Shown here: positions 1-7,082 of the stretch, piece after piece
Position numbering within the stretch: position 1 is the first letter of the stretch
Layout: the number at the start of each line of letters is the position of its first letter
NCBI GenBank assembly: GCA_965205975.1
Contig: OZ242195.1
Coordinates: 32,001-96,000 of the forward strand
Reading direction: 5' to 3'
DNA length: 64,000 nt
DNA from: Candidatus Latescibacterota bacterium
GTDB taxonomy: Bacteria; Latescibacterota; UBA2968
Program-made: the position numbers and the translations under genes
The notes under the pieces: generated by a model
The model's database searches: none
What the model was told of the DNA's origin: nothing
What the model saw: the letters and a program-made list of their open reading frames with translations, nothing else

Positions 1-1772
1 GTTGGTGCGAGATCAGTAATCATAAAATCGGCGTCAATATCTACGCTTTGTTCTACCACCTGTGTTGCAACCAATACACACCCGTTTGGTCGGTTTCCGT
101 TTTTTCCCAACTTTTCCATCCACTCATCTTCAAGGTCTTCTCGCCGATACACGGGAAAACGCGAGTGCAACAACCCCACATCTCCAGCACCTTCAGTCCG
201 TTCTGCGAGTACAGCTCGATAGCTTTCTTGTGCATCATCAACCGTGTTATTGATCCACAACACACATTGGCCCTCTTGCGCCCGTTCTACGGCAAGCTCA
301 GCTAATTCTCGGCGACTTTGGGATGTAATATGTGTATAAATCGTTTGTCCTTCTGGTGGTTTGACTGATTTTACACCAGCTTGTTGATGACCAAATGTAA
401 TCAGGGGATAAGCATCTACTTCTGGAATTGATTTATCTGGAAAAAAGGAAGCTCGACGTTCATGGGTCAATGTAGCCGATAGTATAATCACCGTACAACC
501 CAATTTCAGCAACGTCTGAACCAGTCTGTCCAAAAGTGTTCCCGTATAGACATCGTAACTATGCACCTCGTCGAGAATCACGACCTTACCAGCAAGGCCA
601 AAAGCACGGACAAAATAATGTTTGACTTTTAATACACTCAACAGTGCCTGATCAATTGTGCCGACTCCAAAAGGCCAAAGCAGAGATCGTTTGGATGGAT
701 GAAACCATGCATTGCCTGAACGCAGTTCTTCACCTCCAACCTGAAGATGAAGCCAGGCTGTCCCATGAATGAGATTAGCTCCTTGGTCGCCTACCACAAT
801 TTTGTCTAAAAATTGATTGACTCGCTCATGAATGCGATTACTTGTCAAACGTGTAGGAAGTGCAAAATAAAGACCGTGATGGTATCCTTCTCTCATCAAA
901 CGATACGCCGCATAAAGTGCGGCTTCTGTTTTCCCCTGTCCCATGGGTGCTTCCAGAACATAAAGCCCTGGTTGTGTTACAGTTTTGACAAAAGCAGTTT
1001 GTGATTGATAGGGAGAATTTTCAAAAATTTCTTCAAATGAAAGGTTGGATTTCAAATTTGGGAAAAACCAACCGCAAGCATCTAAGGCTTCAGATGCTTT
1101 AGAGAACACATTTACATCTTCTGGCAAACCTTCAGCAGGAAAAAATGTTGTATCTGAACCGATCCAGTCGGAAACACAGGTCATACCACTGAGCAAGGCA
1201 ATCTGCTCATCTGTTGGGGGATCAGATGGCAAATTGCCGAAAATGGCGAGCAATCGTTCTAACAATATTCGTCGTTCCTTAGCCCATGATTCTCCTCCGT
1301 ACACACCACTTGTATCCTGATGAGGAGTTTCGCGTTTACCATGATGAATACCCAATACTTGGCCCCAACGCTCCCAGCCTTTTGGGAACTCACCTCTCAT
1401 TTGGTAATAGGCCACCAAGGCCGCTTCGCTTACATTTGCGTGATAGGGAGTAAAACCGCTATCATCCATTTGGGCTAGGCCCTGTACACGCTTTTCCAAT
1501 TCTTCGCGCGAAGAACCAAATATTTTCTTTTGAAATCCCGGTGCCACCTTGCCAATGTCGTGTGGAGCTATTAACGCAGGAGCTTCTTGCGGGATTTGTT
1601 CCTGCATATTGGCAGGCAACCGTTTCATCAGTTCTTTCGCGACAGCACCCACATACGTACAATGATCTTCAACACTCAAACCAGGGCGATGATCTTCTGT
1701 TGTTTTTGCAACACACTGGTCATAAGGAATGACAGGGATTTCTGACGTTTTTCTTCGTCGAAATTTGGCCAT
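1..1772 (-). CDS. cas3: CRISPR-associated helicase/nuclease Cas3 (HD + SF2 helicase), type I-E-like; 3' part lies beyond the left edge of the window
   Basis: Manual minus-strand translation from ATG 1772 (RBS AAGGAG): MAKFRRRK...EDHC...PHDIGK...IHHG (HD domain), EAPMGQGKTEAAL (Walker A), GVGTIDQALL, VVILDEVHSYD (codon 572, in frame), VVEQSVDIDADFMITDLAP at the window edge. Missing from the ORF track, presumably because no stop lies in the window. Confidence 0.93.
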   Translation of the reverse strand, partial: MAKFRRRKTSEIPVIPYDQCVAKTTEDHRPGLSVEDHCTYVGAVAKELMKRLPANMQEQIPQEAPALIAPHDIGKVAPGFQKKIFGSSREELEKRVQGLAQMDDSGFTPYHANVSEAALVAYYQMRGEFPKGWERWGQVLGIHHGKRETPHQDTSGVYGGESWAKERRILLERLLAIFGNLPSDPPTDEQIALLSGMTCVSDWIGSDTTFFPAEGLPEDVNVFSKASEALDACGWFFPNLKSNLSFEEIFENSPYQSQTAFVKTVTQPGLYVLEAPMGQGKTEAALYAAYRLMREGYHHGLYFALPTRLTSNRIHERVNQFLDKIVVGDQGANLIHGTAWLHLQVGGEELRSGNAWFHPSKRSLLWPFGVGTIDQALLSVLKVKHYFVRAFGLAGKVVILDEVHSYDVYTGTLLDRLVQTLLKLGCTVIILSATLTHERRASFFPDKSIPEVDAYPLITFGHQQAGVKSVKPPEGQTIYTHITSQSRRELAELAVERAQEGQCVLWINNTVDDAQESYRAVLAERTEGAGDVGLLHSRFPVYRREDLEDEWMEKLGKNGNRPNGCVLVATQVVEQSVDIDADFMITDLAP

Positions 1773-1805
1773 ATAACTGCTCCTTAGATGGAAATTTACT
1801 GCACA

Positions 1806-1833
1806 AATATATACTATTTCTCAGGTGACGCAA
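1806..1833 (-). promoter_or_regulatory. Candidate sigma70 promoter of cas3
   Basis: TTGCGT-16 nt-TATATT on the minus strand just upstream of the cas3 RBS. Confidence 0.35.
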
Positions 1834-1853
1834 GCATAGTAATTTTTTATATT

Positions 1854-1916
1854 TCATACACCCTCCCCGCCGCAATCATATCCTGTGCGATCACCTGTCA
1901 CAAATCCTCTGATTCT
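1854..1916. repeat. Direct repeat: degenerate copy of the 3' end of the WYL gene (partner 2534-2596)
   Basis: 58/63 identical to 2534-2596 (offset 680). This copy has a CGA->TGA nonsense change in the WYL frame. Confidence 0.9.
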
Positions 1917-2012
1917 GACTTTTCACATTTAAGCCCTTATTAAAGGTCTGATTCCACGATAATTTCCTTCCAAAAAGTTGCTTTTCATTCCGAAGTTGGC
2001 TATATCTTATTC

Positions 2013-2073
2013 AGCGACCAGAATGGGCCGGTATCAACCGACTCTGGACAATGTCCCTGGCCGCTACTTTTTT
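2013..2073 (+). other. Structured leader / hairpin followed by a T-tract
   Basis: AGCGACCAG...CTGGCCGCT closing stem, internal CGGT-ATCA-ACCG and GGACA-A-TGTCC palindromes, then TTTTTT. Confidence 0.35.
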
Positions 2074-2129
2074 GATCTCCTGCTCATACATTTTCCTTTA
2101 CCGCTTGCGTGAAAAAAGAGGAGTTACTC

Positions 2130-2330
2130 ATGCTTAGCACAGCTTTGGGTATTGTGAAAGACGGAAAAATCGAAACGTTAGAAAGCATTACATTGCCTGA
2201 GGGGCAAAAGGTATTGGTCACTATGTTGCCCGACGATGATATTTTTTGGCAAGAAGCCAGCCAGGGAACCTTGAAACAGATTTGGGACAATAAAGAGGAC
2301 GATGTGTATGCCCGATTACTCGATAAATGA
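2130..2330 (+). CDS. Putative antitoxin (AF2212/DUF104-like), of the kind usually upstream of a MazF/PemK toxin
   Basis: RBS GAGGAG; MLSTALGIVKDGKIETLESITLPEGQKVLVT...IWDNKEDDVYARLL pattern. Confidence 0.6.
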   Translation: MLSTALGIVKDGKIETLESITLPEGQKVLVTMLPDDDIFWQEASQGTLKQIWDNKEDDVYARLLDK

Positions 2331-2481
2331 TATTGAACCATTGTTGAAGCAGAATGGACAAACGACAGACGCCGATATTGCAAGACAACGAGAAATTGCC
2401 CGACGTATGCGCGAAGCACGCGACAAAATGCCTCCACCTGGTATGTCAATAAAAGAGATGGTGGAGGAAGGGCGTGTGTAA
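2308..2481 (+). pseudogene. Chimeric remnant: MazF/PemK-like N-terminus (MPDYSINDI) joined to a VapB/Phd-like antitoxin tail (..MSIKEMVEEGRV)
   Basis: 57-codon ORF overlapping the antitoxin end, below the ORF-track cutoff; resemblance judged by eye. Confidence 0.4.
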
Positions 2482-2520
2482 TAATGGGTTAGAGACAATG
2501 ACTTTGCTCTGATCTCCTGA

Positions 2521-3516
2521 TCACTTTCCCTTCTCATACATCCTCCCCGCCGCAATCATATCCTTTGCGATGACCTGTCGCAAATCCTCTGGTTCTATCA
2601 CCTCGCAATCTGCGCCCCAGCCTCTGATCCAGGGTTTCATCTCCAGCGTGTGGCTCACGGTTAATGTCATGAGACAGCCGCCATCTGGCAGGGCGTCAAT
2701 GGTATCGACGCAGGGCCAGTCCGATTCCCGCACGCGGTATGCCACATTGGGCGAGAAGCGAAGTTTGACGACAATGCGTTCATCGCCGCCCATTACGCCC
2801 CATGCTTGTGTGAGATAATCGTAGGGATCGAAATTGTCCCGAATCTGATATGACGAGTCGAGAATTTTGACCTGCTGTACACGCTCGATTTTGAACTCTC
2901 GGATGTCGTGGCGCAGATGGTCATACCCGATGACATAACAGGCATATCCCACGGGCGATGGCTCGATAAAATAGGGGTCAAAAATTCGCTCTGTCACATC
3001 ACCCTTTTCAGGATTCCAGTAAACTATATACACTTGACGGCGTGTTGCCCAGGCCAGAGTCAGGGTCTCTAACACGCCTAAATAATCCGACCATAGACGC
3101 CGCCGATCTGCAGCAGATGCCGTTCGCGTGATGTGTTCGCCTATTGGCTCAGGCATGGCACTGGCCAGCTTATTCAGGGCCGATACCGCGTGCGGATTGT
3201 GTTTGTCGCCATAAGCGGCAAGCAACCGCGCTGCCAGATAAAGGGCCAGTGCTTCGTCCAAATTTAAATGAACTGGAAGCAAATCGAACTGTGCGCCTTC
3301 AACCAGATGCCAAAGTCGGCCTTCATAATAAACTGGTAGCCGTCCGCTCTCAGATAATTGCATGATATACCGCCGGGCTGTTCGTTCCGATACATTGAGA
3401 AGATCGGCAATTTCTCGAGTTCGGAATCCCTCTGGTCGTTGCCGCGCAAAAATCTGTACCTGCAACAACCTTTCGTTTTTGGTCTCAGCATCTATAACTG
3501 GCATGGCTTTCTCCAT
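2521..3516 (-). CDS. HTH-WYL-WCX transcriptional regulator (PafBC/DriD/BrxR-like)
   Basis: N-terminal wHTH (REIADLLNVSERTARRYI), WYL core (YVIGYDHLRHDIREFKIERV), WCX tail (WIRGWGADCEVIEPEDLR). Confidence 0.92.
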   Translation of the reverse strand: MEKAMPVIDAETKNERLLQVQIFARQRPEGFRTREIADLLNVSERTARRYIMQLSESGRLPVYYEGRLWHLVEGAQFDLLPVHLNLDEALALYLAARLLAAYGDKHNPHAVSALNKLASAMPEPIGEHITRTASAADRRRLWSDYLGVLETLTLAWATRRQVYIVYWNPEKGDVTERIFDPYFIEPSPVGYACYVIGYDHLRHDIREFKIERVQQVKILDSSYQIRDNFDPYDYLTQAWGVMGGDERIVVKLRFSPNVAYRVRESDWPCVDTIDALPDGGCLMTLTVSHTLEMKPWIRGWGADCEVIEPEDLRQVIAKDMIAAGRMYEKGK

Positions 3517-3540
3517 TTTTCAGGATAATATAGTTTGGAA

Positions 3541-3559
3541 GCGGACAGTTTTTGTCCGC
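3541..3559. promoter_or_regulatory. Palindromic operator candidate upstream of the WYL gene
   Basis: Perfect inverted repeat GCGGACA-N5-TGTCCGC, about 25 bp upstream of the start codon. Confidence 0.5.
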
Positions 3560-3654
3560 AAAAATAAAAAAGTTTTTTCTTTGCAAAGAAAATCAAAACA
3601 GGGCGCATTGGAAGGTGGGATTTTGATGACGGTACAGGCAAAATAAGAGCCGGG

Positions 3655-3735
3655 GGATTGTACATCCCACCGGCTAATAAGTTCAGAGATTGAAATGTTA
3701 ATATCAAGAGCGATTGTGCTTGGTTTTGCATTCAT
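3655..3735 (-). pseudogene. Degenerate PIN/VapC toxin N-terminal stub
   Basis: MNAKPSTIALDINISISELISR resembles the PIN start motif (hhLDTNhhhS) and overlaps the end of an antitoxin-like tail. Confidence 0.35.
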
Positions 3736-4174
3736 CTACAGCCTGATCTATCCTGGCGGATAAGTCATCCACATCTTTGAAAGCTTCTGCTACGCGATCA
3801 AAAACGGCAAAATCTTCTGCTTTCTGGTGGAAAACAGGTATCCCATCTCGCCTAATAGTTTGCCAGAAGGGTGCTTCATAGTCCTGGTGGTATATCCATT
3901 CCTCCGCGGTAAGTACTATAAGTGAAGGCACAACCTCGGTGCCAATTGCGAGCATGTATCCAGGGTCGGCAACAGACTTCTTTGTTTCCCAATCTCCTTC
4001 GTGGATGACAACGAGAACGTCCAGGTCAGAATCCTCATTGGATGATCCCCGCGCTTTGGATCCAAAGATAATGATATCTTTGATAAGATTCGCAAATTGC
4101 GCTACCAAAGCTTTCTGGTAAGCGTCAAGCCAAATGCGTTCTTCGCTCGTCAATGTTAAATTTTTTAAAGTCAT
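3704..4174 (-). CDS. Minimal nucleotidyltransferase (MNT antitoxin family) with an extra antitoxin-like C-terminal tail; no HEPN partner
   Basis: IIFGSKARG...DSDLDVLVV motif; about 40 additional residues after RRDGIPVF. Confidence 0.8.
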   Translation of the reverse strand: MTLKNLTLTSEERIWLDAYQKALVAQFANLIKDIIIFGSKARGSSNEDSDLDVLVVIHEGDWETKKSVADPGYMLAIGTEVVPSLIVLTAEEWIYHQDYEAPFWQTIRRDGIPVFHQKAEDFAVFDRVAEAFKDVDDLSARIDQAVDECKTKHNRS

Positions 4175-4224
4175 AAGTTCTGAAGATGTGTGAAGTTACG
4201 CGCAGCTTCCGCTCTTTTTTCAAA

Positions 4225-4506
4225 TCAATTCGAGGTGGTTAGAGAGCGATGGGTCATGCCTACGATTTCACCGGTAAGGTCATTGATTTCAACGACCTTA
4301 AACGAACGGTTCTTCCAGTCTTGTCCCCCGAGGTTGGCTGCCAGGCTCCGCCGTTCCCAGGGGCGAGAGAAACCTATGGTTATTTTCCAGGCATTTGCTG
4401 TTTCGTCGAATACCACCTCTTCAAGACCCAGGTCCTGAACTTCCTCGTCGGCAAATAGTTCGGTTATGTATTTGTTCGCCGCCCGCACGGCTTCTTTTAC
4501 ATTCAT
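4225..4506 (-). CDS. Small hypothetical protein
   Basis: 93 aa, RBS GGAGG, globular-looking composition (LGLEEV...WKITIGF). Confidence 0.65.
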   Translation of the reverse strand: MNVKEAVRAANKYITELFADEEVQDLGLEEVVFDETANAWKITIGFSRPWERRSLAANLGGQDWKNRSFKVVEINDLTGEIVGMTHRSLTTSN

Positions 4507-4602
4507 TTATGCCTCCATACAGTCTTATCATTTTTTTTAGATTAAATTTTCAAAAAAGTAACCAATTTAGACTGCTAAGAAAAGCGTTTCTATTACAAAA
4601 AA

Positions 4603-5571
4603 TTAAAAAAGTGAGAGTTGGACGGGGTCTTGTTCTGGAGTGGGTTGTCTGGCAGGTCTGTCATCGGGATAGCACACGGCTTTGAAGGGGCAGGTGGTAC
4701 ACAGGTGGGTATTTGTCGTCATGGGGAAAGTGTCTTGCGAAGCGGTGTTTTGCTCGGGATCGTCGAGGAGGGCGCGCATTTTCTGGACGCTTTCGGTGAC
4801 GAATATACGGGTCTGGTCGAGATCGTCGGGAGAGAGGGATAGGGTGCTTTCGGTGCTGGTTTGCAGGTAGATGTCCTGGAGTTGCAGGTCGGGTAATGCG
4901 ACGTCCCACTGCGAGGTGGCGTACAGGGCGTACACAGCGAGTTGGTGGCGGTCGGCCTGGCGTTCGCGTCCGGTTTTCCAGTCGAAGATATAGACAGATT
5001 TGTCGCGGCGAATTGCCACGTCGAGCACGACCCAGATTTTGGTACTGGCAAGGGTAAAATCTGTGAGGTCCTCAATGGTGAGATAGTCTTCGGGACGGGC
5101 AGATTGCAGGGTGGTGTAGGCATCAGAGGCGAAAAAAGCGTTGAGACTGGTCGAGATGTGAGTGGCCGACTTGTTCTGATCGGTTTCGGTAAAGGGTTCG
5201 TTGTAATAGTGTTCAAACAAATTGGTGTATTGAGAGGCCGAATAGCGCCAGAGATGGTCCGCGGATTCTTGCAGGCGTTGGCGGAATAAATTTTGCGCGT
5301 AGGTCTCGACGGCAAAGGGGAGAATATCGCGTCCCAGTTTCAGGGCATTGAGCGTGTTGCTGATGGCGTCGTGAACCACGGTACCGACGAGTTGCGGAAC
5401 CGTGGTTATTTTTTTCAGGCGATAGAGCAATTGGGTTTGTTCGTCGGCGTCTTTGTCCCAGCCGCCCCAACTACCGTAGTAGTTGAAGTAGTATTGTCGC
5501 TTGCACGATTCAAACATGCGATGGCGAGAAGGCGACCAGGAAAATTCGTTTTGGAAATTGGACATGTTCAA
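4603..5571 (-). CDS. PD-(D/E)XK nuclease (RecB/AddB/Cas4-like) with 4-Cys Fe-S motif and C-terminal clamp-binding motif
   Basis: WSPSR..FESC, GTVVH, LDVA...IFDWKTG, QLAVYALY, CTTCPFKAVC; ends QLSLF; overlaps the aroA stop. Confidence 0.85.
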   Translation of the reverse strand: MNMSNFQNEFSWSPSRHRMFESCKRQYYFNYYGSWGGWDKDADEQTQLLYRLKKITTVPQLVGTVVHDAISNTLNALKLGRDILPFAVETYAQNLFRQRLQESADHLWRYSASQYTNLFEHYYNEPFTETDQNKSATHISTSLNAFFASDAYTTLQSARPEDYLTIEDLTDFTLASTKIWVVLDVAIRRDKSVYIFDWKTGRERQADRHQLAVYALYATSQWDVALPDLQLQDIYLQTSTESTLSLSPDDLDQTRIFVTESVQKMRALLDDPEQNTASQDTFPMTTNTHLCTTCPFKAVCYPDDRPARQPTPEQDPVQLSLF

Positions 5572-6842
5572 TAAAGTGCGTTTAAGACGTCAAAATACGT
5601 GGGAAATGTTTTGTTGACGCAGTCGGGGTCGTTTATGACAATGCCGGGGATTTTTAGGCCGATCAGCGATAGGCTCATCGCCATGCGGTGGTCGTCGTAC
5701 GTGTCCAGTTCCGCGGGTTGGATGTGGTCTGCGGGATAGACTGTGAGGCCATCGGCGCGGGTGTCAACGCGCACGCCGAGTTTGTTCAGTTCGGTTTTGA
5801 GTGCGGCGATGCGGTCGGTTTCATGGAGGCGGAGGACGGCTACGTTGCGTACGCTGATTGGATCAGAGGCAAACGGGGCCAGGGCGCACAGGGTTGGCAC
5901 GATGTCGGGCGTGGCGTTCATGTCGATGTCGAGGCCCGACAGGCGGCCTGTTCCACGCACTGCAATGCCTTCGGGGTCTTTGTTTACATCACATCCCATT
6001 TTGGAGAGGATATCGACAAAGCCGATGTCGCCTTGAATGGATTGCGCCGTTAAATTGGGTACGCGCACGCGACCGCGGGTGAGTGCGGCTGCGGCAAAGA
6101 AATAAGAGGCATTGGACGCATCGGGTTCGATCTGGTAGGTGCGGGAATGATAGCGCTGGCCAGCGCGTATGGTGAAAGAGCGGTAATTATTATTGGTGAT
6201 TTCAATGCCGAAGTCGCGCATGACGGCAATGGTGAGGTCGATATACGGTTTGGATACGAGGTCGCCTTTGACGTGGATTTCGACATCGGTTTGGGCGTAG
6301 GATGCCACCTGAAGCAGGGCCGTGAAATACTGGCTGCTTTTGTTGCCGTTCATGGTGGTGCGGCCGCCTTTGAGGCCAGAGGCGACGATGAGCGCGGGGG
6401 GGCATAGCCCGTCCTTGCCTTCACAGCGCGCGGTTACGCCGAGGGGGGTGAGGCCGTCGAGGAGGTCCTGAATGGGGCGCTCGCGCATCCGTTCGACGCC
6501 GTCTATGGTATAGGTTCCGGTGCCCAGGCCGAGATATGCCGCGAGAAAGCGCGCTGAGGTGCCCGAGTTGCCAATGTGAAGTTCTGCCTGATCAGCGGGG
6601 ATGTGCCCGCCTGTGCCATAGACGCGAAATGTGTTATCTGACTCATCTACGCGAATGCCCAGATCGCGCAGGGCATTGGCCATATATCGCGTGTCATCGC
6701 TCATGAGTGCGTTGTTGAGGTGGCTGATACCGTCTGCGAGGGCGGCGATTAGCAAAACGCGGTTGGTGATGCTTTTAGAACCCGGAATCGCGACATCTGC
6801 ATTGATTGGGGTTGTCAGGGGTTGGATTTTAAGAGTTTTCAT
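5568..6842 (-). CDS. aroA: 3-phosphoshikimate 1-carboxyvinyltransferase (EPSP synthase)
   Basis: PGSKSITNR, GNSGTSARF, SSQYFTALL, ETDRI, DDHRMAM motifs. Confidence 0.97.
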   Translation of the reverse strand: MKTLKIQPLTTPINADVAIPGSKSITNRVLLIAALADGISHLNNALMSDDTRYMANALRDLGIRVDESDNTFRVYGTGGHIPADQAELHIGNSGTSARFLAAYLGLGTGTYTIDGVERMRERPIQDLLDGLTPLGVTARCEGKDGLCPPALIVASGLKGGRTTMNGNKSSQYFTALLQVASYAQTDVEIHVKGDLVSKPYIDLTIAVMRDFGIEITNNNYRSFTIRAGQRYHSRTYQIEPDASNASYFFAAAALTRGRVRVPNLTAQSIQGDIGFVDILSKMGCDVNKDPEGIAVRGTGRLSGLDIDMNATPDIVPTLCALAPFASDPISVRNVAVLRLHETDRIAALKTELNKLGVRVDTRADGLTVYPADHIQPAELDTYDDHRMAMSLSLIGLKIPGIVINDPDCVNKTFPTYFDVLNALY

Positions 6843-7082
6843 AGGTAGGAAAATAAATTAAAAATTAAAAATGAACAAGGCACAATGGTTGCCCTGTCGG
6901 TGTTTTTTCGATGTCCTGTTTTAATGGCGTTACACCCTGCCATTCTGTCGCTTGATTTTTCTATCACTCGGTTTTAGATTAGAAAGCAGATTGTGATATT
7001 CTCTCCTAATTCTTTTCCCTCTCTCCAATTTCTTTTTTTCGAGATGCCCTCCCCCAACATCTCCATTTACGGGAGCGTGTTG

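Noticed and set aside
48..1732. Short ORFs listed in the track over the first 1.7 kb
   Set aside because: They are shadows of the cas3 reading frame.
1780..2600. CRISPR array next to cas3
   Set aside because: Only a two-copy duplication of the WYL gene end; no regularly spaced repeat-spacer units were seen anywhere in the window.
4603..5571. Calling the nuclease cas4
   Set aside because: It is longer than typical Cas4, coupled to aroA, has no neighbouring cas1/cas2, and type I-E systems normally lack Cas4.
6993..7082. Extended N-terminus of DnaE (and similar upstream starts for mrdA, mltD, rsfS, gltD, parC)
   Set aside because: Downstream starts match the family N-termini and RBS positions better.
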